Source of the DNA: an uncultured virus (IMG/VR IMGVR_UViG_3300027906_004086)
Lineage: Duplodnaviria > Heunggongvirae > Uroviricota > Caudoviricetes
DNA: 64,000 bases
Virus record (IMG/VR): IMGVR_UViG_3300027906_004086
Strand: one strand, 5' to 3'
In this document: piece after piece, positions 29,971 to 40,070 of the stretch
Position numbering within the stretch: position 1 is the first letter of the stretch
How the letters are laid out: the number at the start of each line of letters is the position of its first letter
Notes under the pieces: model-generated
Told to the model about the DNA's origin: nothing
Seen by the model: the letters and a program-made list of their open reading frames with translations, nothing else
Database searches by the model: none
Program-made: the position numbers and the translations under genes

Positions 29971-30999
29971 ATGCTAAATATTGGATTATCTTATTGGGGC
30001 TTTTGTGAACCACAATGTGTAGTAGCAAACACCCCTGATGGCCACAGGTATGGCCGCCCTGTCTTAGTTGACGCCCTAACCGACAGGGGCCATAATGTTG
30101 TCGCCTTGCAGGATCAACGGGAGGATAATCCCTATAAGAACCTAACATATAGGAGTGACCTTCCAGATCTAGACATTGTATTTCTAGAGTGGCGTTGGCC
30201 AACCTATAAAAATTCGGGTCTCAACAAGTTTGAGCCAGATCTAGACCGGCAAACTGAGATCCTGGACTATTATCATGAACTAGGTGTTCCCGTCATTGCT
30301 TGGGATACTGATCTTAAGATGACTCCGGATGATGAGAGACGTTGGCCTAACATGATAATTGCCGACCCGACATTGGAACCTGAAAACTTTATCATTGCTA
30401 GGGAGAGACTTCCATTCTGGTCTGACTTTAAGCCCTTAATGGATGCAGCGCCAAGCCCAGTCGAGTTTGGGTATATCGGCAACAATTATGAGCGTGATGA
30501 CATGTTCATGAAATATTATTCAGAGCCTGCATCTTTGCTTAGGACTGAGGGGATCCAGACAAAGGTTCATGGTAACTGGCTGCAAAGATCTCCTGAACGC
30601 GCTTCACCTGAAACCTTAATTGCAAAACATCCATGGGTATCATTTGGACCACGGGTAAGCTTTAATGATTCTATGGCACTATTGAATTCGTTTATCTGTA
30701 CGGTTCATATTACTAAGCCTCGGTATGCTAAGCAAGGGTTTGCTTCTCCCCGGTATTTAGAGAACATTATCATGAATACCCCAGCACTTGTTCCTGGTGA
30801 GTTCTTGGTCCCAAATCTGCTTGGTGATTATTGGACAGTAAATTCTCCAGATGATGTATACCGAAAAGCTCTAGAGCTAAAAAAGATGTCTGCATATGCA
30901 AGAGAGACAGTTGTATTAGAGCAAAAGGCTAGCTTATTACATCATCACGACTTTAGCGTCGCTGCAGTTTGTAATTTTATCGAGAGCAAGGTAGGGTAA
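29971..30999 (+). CDS. Putative GT-B glycosyltransferase (nucleotide/DNA modification)
   Basis: IGLSYWGF, TPDG, LTDRGHNV, FLEWRWP, YIGNNYER, C-terminal SPRYLE; located between a kinase and a TS-like gene. Confidence 0.65.
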   Translation: MLNIGLSYWGFCEPQCVVANTPDGHRYGRPVLVDALTDRGHNVVALQDQREDNPYKNLTYRSDLPDLDIVFLEWRWPTYKNSGLNKFEPDLDRQTEILDYYHELGVPVIAWDTDLKMTPDDERRWPNMIIADPTLEPENFIIARERLPFWSDFKPLMDAAPSPVEFGYIGNNYERDDMFMKYYSEPASLLRTEGIQTKVHGNWLQRSPERASPETLIAKHPWVSFGPRVSFNDSMALLNSFICTVHITKPRYAKQGFASPRYLENIIMNTPALVPGEFLVPNLLGDYWTVNSPDDVYRKALELKKMSAYARETVVLEQKASLLHHHDFSVAAVCNFIESKVG

Positions 31000-31995
31000 A
31001 TGATGGAAAACGTATATGACAGCTTTACTGACTGCTATTTAGATTTAGCACAGCAGGTTTATAATAGTCCTGATTTTGAGTCTAGCCCACGAGGCATGGC
31101 TGTTCGGGAAAAACTAGCATGCAAGTTTACGATAACAAACCCACTAGATAGATTGCCTTATGTTCCTGCTAGGAAGTTTTCTGCAACGTATGTAATTGCT
31201 GAATTGTTGTGGTACCTATCTGCAGAGGATAGGACTGAGTGGATTTCGAATTATTCTTCATTTTGGAGTAGTATTAGTGATGACGGCACCACTGCTAACT
31301 CAGCCTATGGTGCTCGGATTTTTAAACCCCACCCCCGTATAGCGGGTGGCACGTTTTCACAATGGGACTATATAAAGGAAGAGCTGAAAAGTGATCCTGA
31401 TTCTCGTAGGGCTGTAGTTCACATCCGTTCACCATGGGATTCTGTTAAGGCGAAGTTAGATGTTCCATGTACACTATCGCTTCAGTTTTTTATTAGAGAT
31501 AATGATCTTCACCTAGTTGCTCATATGAGATCTTCTGATTTAATTTTAGGCATCGCGTATGATGTTCCTGCATTTACTTTGATGCAAGAGCTTATGGCTA
31601 AAGAGCTAGGCGTTGGGATCGGGACATATACACACGTAAGTAACTCTTTACATATCTATGAACGTCATTTCGAGATGGTCGAGGAGATGATTTCTAAGGA
31701 CGCTATCTTAGAAGCTGTTGGTAACCACCGGCAGTCTGGGCCAATGCCTGAGATGCCTTCTATGCCTCCAACTGATACGCTATATAATATAGAATCACAA
31801 CTAAGGGTTGCTAATAGCTTAGAACAGATCAACAAGATTGTTCATAATGCTAGTAAGGATGAAAATTGTTCTGCTGATTACTGGATTGACTGGGTTAAGA
31901 TCTTAGCTGCTCACCGGTGTGCCCGCCTTAAGATACGTGGCGAGAAGAAAAATTTAATTGCTAGTACATCTTTTTCTGGGTATCACCAATTCTAA
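31000..31995 (+). CDS. ThyA-fold enzyme, probable dCMP hydroxymethylase/modifier
   Basis: ELLWYL, DSRRAV, DVPCT, MRSSDLILGIAYD (Asp at the E. coli ThyA N177 position), SLHIYE. Confidence 0.8.
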   Translation: MMENVYDSFTDCYLDLAQQVYNSPDFESSPRGMAVREKLACKFTITNPLDRLPYVPARKFSATYVIAELLWYLSAEDRTEWISNYSSFWSSISDDGTTANSAYGARIFKPHPRIAGGTFSQWDYIKEELKSDPDSRRAVVHIRSPWDSVKAKLDVPCTLSLQFFIRDNDLHLVAHMRSSDLILGIAYDVPAFTLMQELMAKELGVGIGTYTHVSNSLHIYERHFEMVEEMISKDAILEAVGNHRQSGPMPEMPSMPPTDTLYNIESQLRVANSLEQINKIVHNASKDENCSADYWIDWVKILAAHRCARLKIRGEKKNLIASTSFSGYHQF

Positions 31996-32007
31996 TGGGG
32001 GGGTCTT

Positions 32008-33000
32008 ATGTCTAAAAAAGCATTAGTTACCGGTTGTTGTGGATTTATAGGATCCTCCCTGGTTCGGCGCCTTCTATCAATGGGATGGTCCGTTGAAGGG
32101 GTTGACGATTTATCAGCTGGTGATCTTGAATCTTTATCTGGCGTTAATATCCGTCCCGTTCCTGCTGATTTTTTGCACGTTTTTGAGTCTAGGCACTCGA
32201 TACAGGATGATCAGACGCTAGTAATAAATGGCGATTTTACTCATGATGCTATTTTGTCACGAATCCGTTCTGGTATTTATGATGCAGTATTTCATCTAGC
32301 GGCAAATCCTGATATGCAGCATTGTAATAATTTCCCTGTTGAAACATATGAGAACAATGTCCATAAGAGTATAGCACTAATGTATACATGTGCAGGGAAC
32401 GTTACCGATGTTATATTCGCTTCTTCAGCAGCAGTGTATGGTGATACTGGTGTAGGTGATTACCCCGTAATTTCTGAGGATTCATATTTAAGCCCCCTAT
32501 CTGCATACGGAATGCAAAAGCTTCATGTTGAACAGTATGTAAAGATACTTGATCCTCAAAAAACAAGCTTTACTTCTCTACGGGTTTTTAATGTGTATGG
32601 TCCTGGCCAGGATGCCGGCGTTATTGCCAAGTGGTGTAGCTCCATTAAGGCCGGTGAACCGTTAACCCTCCAAGGGACAGGAAACCAAACGCGGGATTTT
32701 TGTTATATCGATGATGTTGTCGATGCATTTATTTTAGTTGCATGTGAAGAACAGGCCGATGGGGTATCTGAGTATAATGTGGGTAGTGGCGTGAGTATTT
32801 CCTTAAACGTCGTCTTACAGCACTTGAAAAATTACTATCCTGGCGTTACAATTAATTATGAGAATTCGCGCCAGGCTGATATCTCACATTCACAGGCTGA
32901 TGTTACAAAAATTAATAAAGAATTAAACTATAATCCTCGTACGCAATTTTTGCATGGGATAAAAGAAACACTAAGATGGTGGGGAATAAATGAAGACTGA
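32008..33000 (+). CDS. NAD-dependent NDP-sugar epimerase/dehydratase
   Basis: TGCCGFIG, FHLAA, SSAAVYG, YGMQK, NVYGP, RDFCYIDD. Confidence 0.92.
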   Translation: MSKKALVTGCCGFIGSSLVRRLLSMGWSVEGVDDLSAGDLESLSGVNIRPVPADFLHVFESRHSIQDDQTLVINGDFTHDAILSRIRSGIYDAVFHLAANPDMQHCNNFPVETYENNVHKSIALMYTCAGNVTDVIFASSAAVYGDTGVGDYPVISEDSYLSPLSAYGMQKLHVEQYVKILDPQKTSFTSLRVFNVYGPGQDAGVIAKWCSSIKAGEPLTLQGTGNQTRDFCYIDDVVDAFILVACEEQADGVSEYNVGSGVSISLNVVLQHLKNYYPGVTINYENSRQADISHSQADVTKINKELNYNPRTQFLHGIKETLRWWGINED

Positions 33001-33553
33001 TCCAGAATTTATAATTTTTACGGGACCGATGTTTGGTTCAAAAACTACAAGGTTGCTAGCACAACTTGACAGGTTTGCGTATCAAAACAAGCGGATTGTC
33101 GCATTTAAGCCGATGATGGATAACCGGTATTCGAATGTGGAGATCTGTACCCATTCCGGAGGTCGGTTTCCAGCCCATGGGGTATCTCAAGGAGATGATA
33201 TCGTCGCACACCTTTCTGGCCTCGGTCATGATGTTGATGTCGTCGCGGTTGACGAGGCATTTATGATTGATGATGTTGCATCCGTTTTACTAGATCTATT
33301 CCGCAGAGGAAAGACTATTATTGTATCATCATTACAGCTTTCCGCTAGCGGCATGGTCTTTGAAGAAGTAATGGGAATGATGCCTTGGGCCACCAAGATT
33401 GAAATTTGTCCAGCAGTTTGCCCTATTACGGGCAGGGATGCATATTACACACATAGAAAAATTTCTAGTGAAAAGGAAATTGAGGTAGGGGGTGCTGATA
33501 TGTATGAGCCAAGATGCTGGGAGTACCATACTTATATGAATTGTAGGGAGTGA
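32990..33553 (+). CDS. tdk: Thymidine kinase
   Basis: GPMFGSKTT, FKPMMDNRY, VDEAF, VGGADMYEPRC. Confidence 0.9.
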   Translation: MKTDPEFIIFTGPMFGSKTTRLLAQLDRFAYQNKRIVAFKPMMDNRYSNVEICTHSGGRFPAHGVSQGDDIVAHLSGLGHDVDVVAVDEAFMIDDVASVLLDLFRRGKTIIVSSLQLSASGMVFEEVMGMMPWATKIEICPAVCPITGRDAYYTHRKISSEKEIEVGGADMYEPRCWEYHTYMNCRE

Positions 33554-34521
33554 TTAATATGGCAGTCGTAGAACCGAGTAGCGTTAACTGTGTAATTTAT
33601 CATGCTGACTGTACGGACGGTTTCGGCGCCGCATACTCTGCCTGGAAGTCCTTGGGGAATAGAGCGGAGTATCACGCATGTAAACATGGCACTGTCCCAC
33701 CAGATGTTACTGGTAAGGTCGTTGTAATACTAGATTTTTCATTTGATAACGCAACAACAAAAAAGATGATTGAAGATGCTGATGGCTTGATTGTTATAGA
33801 TCACCACAAGTCCGCCATGGTCGAACTTCATGATATATCCAATTGTCACTTTGACATGACACATTCAGGCGCTAGGCTAGCGTGGGACTTCTTTCATCCA
33901 GGTAAAGAACCTCCAAAGTTTATAAACTATATCGAAGACAGAGATCTCTGGAAATGGGAGCTACCTTACTCAAAAGAATTTGCAGCTGCCTTTGATATGG
34001 TTCCTTTTGAATTTGAGGAGTTTGAGAAATTTGAAGATGATTCTGTTTTTGACGACGCTGTAAAGCGCGGATCGTATGTTTTAGCATACTCAAAGACGGT
34101 TGTTAAGAAGGTATGTGAAAAGGCTTCTGCACGTAAGTTTGAAGGGATGGATGTACTGGTTGTTAATGCATCTCACTGGATGTCTGAGATTGGTGCCCGG
34201 CTTTCCCCAGATTGTGATTTTGCCGTTATCTGGTTTTATGATCATGAGGATAGAATTATAAAGGTATCACTTCGAGCTTTTCATGAGCATGTTGATGTCT
34301 CTGAGATATCCAAGAAGTTTGGTGGGGGTGGCCATAAAAAAGCCGCCGGATTTACTTTGCCTGGTGATGCGCTAGTAGATGATATTTTCGACATGGAAGA
34401 AGATGTCACTGAGGAAGAGCCCAGTAGTAATCCTGAGGAAGTAAAAGATTCCCCTAAGAAATCAAAGGGGAAAGGTAAGGAGCAAAAAGGTGAAAAGCCC
34501 GCAGGAAGTTCCGTTGAGTAA
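33550..34521 (+). CDS. DHH/DHHA1 phosphoesterase
   Basis: YHADCTDG, ILDFS, IDHH, EDRDLW, GGGGHKKAAGF. Confidence 0.9.
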   Translation: MINMAVVEPSSVNCVIYHADCTDGFGAAYSAWKSLGNRAEYHACKHGTVPPDVTGKVVVILDFSFDNATTKKMIEDADGLIVIDHHKSAMVELHDISNCHFDMTHSGARLAWDFFHPGKEPPKFINYIEDRDLWKWELPYSKEFAAAFDMVPFEFEEFEKFEDDSVFDDAVKRGSYVLAYSKTVVKKVCEKASARKFEGMDVLVVNASHWMSEIGARLSPDCDFAVIWFYDHEDRIIKVSLRAFHEHVDVSEISKKFGGGGHKKAAGFTLPGDALVDDIFDMEEDVTEEEPSSNPEEVKDSPKKSKGKGKEQKGEKPAGSSVE

Positions 34522-34945
34522 TTCACACCGCCCTGAGTGGAATAGGGTCTGGATGGAGTTTGCACAGATCATTGCACGCCGCTCTTACGATCCAAGGCAC
34601 CAGGTCGGTGCAGTAGTAGTTTCAGATGACAATACACAGGTCCTAGCAATTGGGTATAATGGAAACTATAAAGGTGGCCCTAATGAGGCCGAGTCTTTGA
34701 AGCCCGGTGAGTCTGGTATGATACATGCTGAAATTAATGCGTTATTAAAGATGGATTATAATAACCCAAAGTCGAAAATTCTTTATGTAACATTGTCACC
34801 TTGCAGGATGTGTGCAAAGGCCATAGTTAATGCTGGAATTCAAAAGGTATTCTATGATGAGGAGTATCGAGATACTTCAAGTTTAGAAATTCTTAGGAAC
34901 AGCGGTGTAGAAGTTAGCAGGTTTAGCCTTCAACACAATACATAA
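34490..34945 (+). CDS. dCMP deaminase
   Basis: VGAVVV, GYNG, HAEINAL, SPCRMCAKAI; start uncertain. Confidence 0.92.
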   Translation: MKSPQEVPLSNSHRPEWNRVWMEFAQIIARRSYDPRHQVGAVVVSDDNTQVLAIGYNGNYKGGPNEAESLKPGESGMIHAEINALLKMDYNNPKSKILYVTLSPCRMCAKAIVNAGIQKVFYDEEYRDTSSLEILRNSGVEVSRFSLQHNT

Positions 34946-34991
34946 TAATATAAAATGTGTACGCCACAATCAGGAGTGAGGTATAAATAAT

Positions 34992-36767
34992 ATGAGTTTA
35001 AAACCATTGAGGGAAACCGTAGAGCTTTGGCACAGAATTAATAGTTCTACTTCCCTAGAAGAATCTTTACGGCATGGTAGCATGTCTAGTTTTTTGCTTT
35101 TAGAGGATAGTGTTGAGGCTATTAACACACTTAACCAGCAAATTGACCAAACGATGGATGATCTTAAGGCCTTAGATAATACTGTCCCTAAGAAGATGGG
35201 AAATACTAAGAGCGCGATACAGGCAGCAATCGGTGAGGTTGCCGGCCTTCGCCTGAAACCATCCCCCAAAATTAAGCTTTTTTCTCTGGGGGATCCAGTT
35301 AAAAAGGCATCCAAGGTTATGGCTAATGCCGCGTCCCTTTCCGCAACAATCGTTGCGGCAACTCAAACTATCATGGGTTCCATGAATGACTTTGGTTTGG
35401 ATACAACATCCAGCGAAACACTCAAGACAGTAATTGATACTGCTCGCGCTGATAATGATAAGATTCCTGACGAGAAGGCATTTCTCGCTGCAGTTCAAAA
35501 AGCCTGGCAGCCCCCCAAGGGAGTCGGCAATGCACTGAAGGGGTTCTTCAGTGCATTAGGCATGGGCGGAGGTTCTGACTTCTTTGGCTTAAATGCAGAG
35601 GGCTTTGCTAGTGACTTAATGAATGCAACCCCATCAGAGATCATGGCATTCGCCTCATCCGGCCCTGCAAAAGACTCGGCAGTGATAGACGATAAGGAGA
35701 TCTCTGGCTTAGACGACAAATTAGCCGACGCCGGTTTAGACAAAGAAGCATTATCCGGTGCCGGCGAAAAAGGTGGTAAGGACAGTGGTAAAGAGGGTGA
35801 AGGAAAAGGTACTGGCGATAGTGCCGCTGCTGGCAAGAAGTGGTCTGAAATATCTACTGCATACCTTAAGACGGTTGATGACCAGTCTGCTGGTAAAAAG
35901 TTTTTGGACTCGCTTAAGTCTAATAAGGATTTCGGCACAGCCGTTGCAAACTTAATTAACCTTGAAGAATCTATGTATAGGCGCTCACTGTCATCCCTTC
36001 TCTTTGAGGCTGTCGAGTTTGACGTACTTAAATCCGCTGCAGCATCTGCTAGCGACGATGAAGCGGCACAGGTTCAGTTAGCACGCGGCCTTGCAAAGGT
36101 TATGTCTGATCAAGGCATCGAAGTAAAGAATATTCCTGAGGAAGAGCCGGCCGCTGAGGAAGAACCGGCCGCTGAGGAAGGTATCCCTTCTGAAAAGGAA
36201 GCTGCAGAAGAGCAAGAGAACGCACAAGCAGAATTGCAACAGGCCGTTAAGGACGAAATTCAACAGAACCAATCACCAACCTCTGCTGCATTAGGTGCTA
36301 TCGACTCATGGGTTTCTGGACTATCAAAAACTAGCCAGTCTAGCCTACAAGCTAAAAAGCGGGTAGATGGTTTAAAGCAGGCTGTGCAGACATCTCTTGA
36401 TCAAGCGTCAAAAGCTGTTGAAAAACAAGTTGAAAAAGCCATTCAGGCTTGGCGCGGTGAACATGAAGAAACCCTAATGAAGTCCAAGCGATTCGCGAAA
36501 AAGAATTTTGATTCACTGCAAAGTTTGGTCCCCCAACTAGCCGGCGCAATGCTTAAAAAAGCCAATGAAGCCTCAGTTAGCCTCACGACTGCGACTGTAG
36601 ACAAGACGGTATATGCATTTCTAAACAAGCGTTTTTCTGGTTCAAGCCCTGTTCTTTCCGAGCACCTTATTAATAGAAATCAAGGACAACACTCTGAAGA
36701 GATTCCGTATGCAGAAGATGACATGGTAAGGTACCGCTGGTTGAAGATGGCCGGCCTGGGGAAATAA
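34992..36767 (+). CDS. Acidic putative internal head protein
   Basis: 591 aa, multiple LxE sites, EEPAA repeat, C-terminal RWLKMAGL. Confidence 0.55.
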   Translation: MSLKPLRETVELWHRINSSTSLEESLRHGSMSSFLLLEDSVEAINTLNQQIDQTMDDLKALDNTVPKKMGNTKSAIQAAIGEVAGLRLKPSPKIKLFSLGDPVKKASKVMANAASLSATIVAATQTIMGSMNDFGLDTTSSETLKTVIDTARADNDKIPDEKAFLAAVQKAWQPPKGVGNALKGFFSALGMGGGSDFFGLNAEGFASDLMNATPSEIMAFASSGPAKDSAVIDDKEISGLDDKLADAGLDKEALSGAGEKGGKDSGKEGEGKGTGDSAAAGKKWSEISTAYLKTVDDQSAGKKFLDSLKSNKDFGTAVANLINLEESMYRRSLSSLLFEAVEFDVLKSAAASASDDEAAQVQLARGLAKVMSDQGIEVKNIPEEEPAAEEEPAAEEGIPSEKEAAEEQENAQAELQQAVKDEIQQNQSPTSAALGAIDSWVSGLSKTSQSSLQAKKRVDGLKQAVQTSLDQASKAVEKQVEKAIQAWRGEHEETLMKSKRFAKKNFDSLQSLVPQLAGAMLKKANEASVSLTTATVDKTVYAFLNKRFSGSSPVLSEHLINRNQGQHSEEIPYAEDDMVRYRWLKMAGLGK

Positions 36768-36768
36768 C

Positions 36769-37230
36769 ATGTCAAAATTAACTGAAGTTCAAATCATACG
36801 TCTCATGAGACAAGAGTACCAGCAGCGGCTAGTAGAAACTATTGGCGAGTCTGACATGTTTGATGATAAAGGTAACCACCTGTTGTCACCTGGTCTTAAG
36901 GTAAAACACAAGGATTCGAAGTTTGAATATACTGTAGACTCTGTAGAAGGTGAGAAGGATTCTGGAAACGTAAAGGTTACTCTTCGATTACCTGATGAAC
37001 CTCGGTTTGATCCCCCTGAGGAGCCGTCCGAGATGATATCTGATGATTTGTCTTCACCGGTCTTAGGCGAGTCTGGTATTGACATTGACGCCCCGGCTGA
37101 TTATGCCTTATCTGGTAATGCAGACGATGAACGTGTCACGATTAGCGTAAATCCTGGCGACTCTCATGAAGAAGAGACTGAGTTTATTATAGATCAAGAA
37201 GAATTTGAAAAAGAATACGAGGTGACATAA
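36769..37230 (+). CDS. Acidic putative head-associated protein
   Basis: N-terminal LTEVQIIRLMRQEY; LSPGLKVKHK. Confidence 0.55.
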   Translation: MSKLTEVQIIRLMRQEYQQRLVETIGESDMFDDKGNHLLSPGLKVKHKDSKFEYTVDSVEGEKDSGNVKVTLRLPDEPRFDPPEEPSEMISDDLSSPVLGESGIDIDAPADYALSGNADDERVTISVNPGDSHEEETEFIIDQEEFEKEYEVT

Positions 37231-37955
37231 TGTCTTCAAAAGATAAGAAAATTGAATTAAATGAAAAAGAGTTAATCGGCTCTATCCGAAAGTCACTAGG
37301 TCTAAAGACCAAGAGTGAAAAAAAAGAGCAGGCCCTCCATGAAGCGTATGTAACCCAAGCAAAGAAGTTTGATCTACGGACTGAATTATTAAGTAATAAG
37401 TCAAAACGCGCTCATCTTGAGCTTATGGATGGGTATATAGAGTCGCTAAACCAGATCAGCGCAAAACTTGATGCCGTTGATCGGGAGACTGTTAGCGCCA
37501 ACCATTCTGAATTTAGAAGCCTTAAAGTCGATGAATCATATAATATTAATGCTGCATTCTTACATGGTATGTTCTTTGACAACATTTCAGATCTTCAATC
37601 ACAACTTACGATGGATACACTCACGTTTATGCGCTTAGAGAGAGACTTTGGGTCTTTTGATGCATGGCAAAAAGACTTCATCGCTTGTGCAATGACGGCA
37701 CGTAACGGTTGGGCATTGACAGTATATTGTTCACACCTTAACCGGTTTATTAATGTCGTCATAGATTCCCACAATCAGCATATGCCAGTTTCATCATTTC
37801 CTATAATTGTTCTTGACATGTGGGAACACTCATACTATAGAGACTATTTGCGAGATAAAAAAACATACGTTTTTGCAATGATGAAAGAGCTAGACTGGGA
37901 AGTTATCGAAACTCGGGTCAAGAAGGCTGACAAAATCGCAAAGATTATGCAATAA
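37230..37955 (+). CDS. Fe/Mn superoxide dismutase-like protein
   Basis: AHLEL, FLHGMFF, ERDFGSFDAW, GWA, LDMWEHSYYRDY. Confidence 0.85.
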   Translation: MSSKDKKIELNEKELIGSIRKSLGLKTKSEKKEQALHEAYVTQAKKFDLRTELLSNKSKRAHLELMDGYIESLNQISAKLDAVDRETVSANHSEFRSLKVDESYNINAAFLHGMFFDNISDLQSQLTMDTLTFMRLERDFGSFDAWQKDFIACAMTARNGWALTVYCSHLNRFINVVIDSHNQHMPVSSFPIIVLDMWEHSYYRDYLRDKKTYVFAMMKELDWEVIETRVKKADKIAKIMQ

Positions 37956-37965
37956 GGAAAATATC

Positions 37966-38685
37966 ATGCGCTTAACAAAAAAGCATTTAAGGCAACTAAT
38001 TTTAAAAGAATTTAAGGTACTTCTTGAAGAAGAAGGTGACGAAGAGGGCACTGAAGAAGAAGGTGCTGAAGAAGAAGGTGCTGAAGAAGGGGGCGAAGGT
38101 GAAGAAGGCTCTGCGGAAGAAGTCGTAGTTGACACTACCCCTGAAGAAGAAGCGCAACTTTCGAAGTCAGCAGATGATCAAATTTTGTCACACATAATTG
38201 GGTTTGAGACAAATGCGATTAAAAGTGCTGCAGTTGCCAGTGACTCCCAATTACGCCCAGATCCGGATGGCAACCCTGTAGATGTCGAAGACGTTATTCC
38301 CCAGCGCGAGTCGAAGTGGTGGAGAAATAAGCTGGTTGATATTTTGCTTGAAAACCCTGAAGAAGATGGCGCCGTCCCAGGCTCTCAAGTTTCGTGGGTT
38401 GGATCACCTGATATTGATATTGCTGTATTCTCAAGCGACGTCGCAAGGCTAGTCATGAATTATGACAGTCTGATTGACATGGAGGCACACATCATCAATA
38501 AGGCAAGGAACTACCTTATTGATAAGTATGATGAAGAAACTGCAGACTATTTCATAGAGAAGATGGACGTTGAGCATGATATGAGGGCTGAAGATGCACC
38601 TTCGCTTGACAATCAGAATGAAGTTCCTGCCTCCCCACCTGCTTTGGGTTCTGGCTTTGCGTCACAACCTGGCGGCGGCGGTTAA
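37966..38685 (+). CDS. Acidic putative head protein
   Basis: MRLTKKHLRQLILKEF then Glu/Gly repeats. Confidence 0.55.
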   Translation: MRLTKKHLRQLILKEFKVLLEEEGDEEGTEEEGAEEEGAEEGGEGEEGSAEEVVVDTTPEEEAQLSKSADDQILSHIIGFETNAIKSAAVASDSQLRPDPDGNPVDVEDVIPQRESKWWRNKLVDILLENPEEDGAVPGSQVSWVGSPDIDIAVFSSDVARLVMNYDSLIDMEAHIINKARNYLIDKYDEETADYFIEKMDVEHDMRAEDAPSLDNQNEVPASPPALGSGFASQPGGGG

Positions 38686-38688
38686 TAG

Positions 38689-38997
38689 ATGAAGGACCGG
38701 TCAAAAAATTCACTCGTAGATTTTGAGACTAGAAAGTCATTGCACATTAATCTTACTAGAGAAACACATGCTGCACTGAGAATGACGTGCTTTCAAAATA
38801 AGCTTTCTATGCAGGAAGTAATTGAGGAGCTAGCAATAAGGGTTATTGAAGAAGAACCTTATATGTTAAATTTATTACATGAGATAGCTAGCAAGAAAAG
38901 AAAGAAAGCTATTAGCAAAATAGCAAAATCTGATGCTGAGTCAATTTTTAAGGTAATAGAGGACTCAAATCCTTTTGTCACTGATGGAGAAGAGTAA
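38689..38997 (+). CDS. Ribbon-helix-helix-like DNA-binding protein
   Basis: KSLHINLTRETHAALR...LSMQEVIEEL. Confidence 0.55.
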   Translation: MKDRSKNSLVDFETRKSLHINLTRETHAALRMTCFQNKLSMQEVIEELAIRVIEEEPYMLNLLHEIASKKRKKAISKIAKSDAESIFKVIEDSNPFVTDGEE

Positions 38998-39308
38998 TGG
39001 GATTTTTTGAAATGTTTGGCATCGGTAAGCAATCGTCAAGTAATAAAAAAGTTATTGACCTCGAGCAAAAAGTTCGCCATCTAGAGATTGAACTAGCCAA
39101 CGCACATGCAAAAATTAATGAGCTATCAGGCCTTGTCTCTTATTCAATAAATGCACAGAAGCAGCTATCGCTAGACATGAATATAATCTACGAAAGCATA
39201 ACTGCAGTATCTGAAACGCTACAGGCACCTGCCTCTGCCGCTGATGATGATAGGTATTTTAAGTGGAGATGGAACGTCGGCGACGACGATGATGATTTGC
39301 CTAATTAG
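38997..39308 (+). CDS. Hypothetical coiled-coil protein
   Basis: 103-aa translationally coupled ORF. Confidence 0.55.
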   Translation: MGFFEMFGIGKQSSSNKKVIDLEQKVRHLEIELANAHAKINELSGLVSYSINAQKQLSLDMNIIYESITAVSETLQAPASAADDDRYFKWRWNVGDDDDDLPN

Positions 39309-39385
39309 AATTACCGTTCAGCACCATAATTATTCCTAGAACCTAAAGCTTATATTTAGGGACATATTCATAAGGAGTAATTATT

Positions 39386-39616
39386 ATGAGTGACGTAAGT
39401 AATGATAAACAGCTCCCTGCTATATCTACAGACCCTCAGGGGCTAATTGATCAGGCTAGGGAAAAGGTAATTTCTAGAAAATTATTAGTTTTTTTAACCG
39501 CCACAGGCCTACTAGCTTGGTCAAATCTAGACGCAAGTACATGGGGTATGATTGCGATGTGTTATATCGGTGGCCAGTCTGCAATAGACTTTGCAAAGAT
39601 CTGGAAGGGAGCATAA
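39386..39616 (+). CDS. Small two-TM membrane protein, holin candidate
   Basis: SRKLLVF...WGMIAMCYIGGQ; AAGGAG RBS. Confidence 0.5.
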   Translation: MSDVSNDKQLPAISTDPQGLIDQAREKVISRKLLVFLTATGLLAWSNLDASTWGMIAMCYIGGQSAIDFAKIWKGA

Positions 39617-39617
39617 T

Positions 39618-40040
39618 ATGACGTGGCTAGCAGTTAAGATATTTTTTGACAACTTACTTTTATGGTGTAAGAAGTACTGGCAGATTTTGTTAGGTGCTGG
39701 TATTGCTGTTGCAGTTATGGTCTTATCTGCTGGTCGTCGTAATGACCTAAAGGAGGCTTTAGAGTTAGCAAACAAGAAGTCAGCCGAAGATCGCGATGCC
39801 ATGCAAAGATCCCATGATGAACAAATTCAGGCTGAAAAACAAAAGTCTATAGAGCAGAGAGAACATGCTGAATCGCTAGCAAGAAGAATATCTGAGATTG
39901 AAAGAACTCATGACGTCAATTCTAGCGCACTATCTAGAAAGAAAAAGAAACAACTTGAGTCACTATTGGGCGAAAACTCAGACTCTTCAGACATCAGCGA
40001 CGGCCTAGCCGACATCTTTGGGGTTGATATAAAGTCTTAA
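39618..40040 (+). CDS. Membrane-anchored coiled-coil protein (spanin-like candidate)
   Basis: Single N-terminal TM followed by coiled coil, next to the holin candidate. Confidence 0.45.
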   Translation: MTWLAVKIFFDNLLLWCKKYWQILLGAGIAVAVMVLSAGRRNDLKEALELANKKSAEDRDAMQRSHDEQIQAEKQKSIEQREHAESLARRISEIERTHDVNSSALSRKKKKQLESLLGENSDSSDISDGLADIFGVDIKS

Positions 40041-40070
40041 AGGCTATATTTTTAACTCTAAAACATATAC

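Noticed and set aside
31000..31995. Ordinary thymidylate synthase thyA
   Set aside because: Asp at the Asn177 position, PCT motif, glycosyltransferase context and a separate ThyX argue against it
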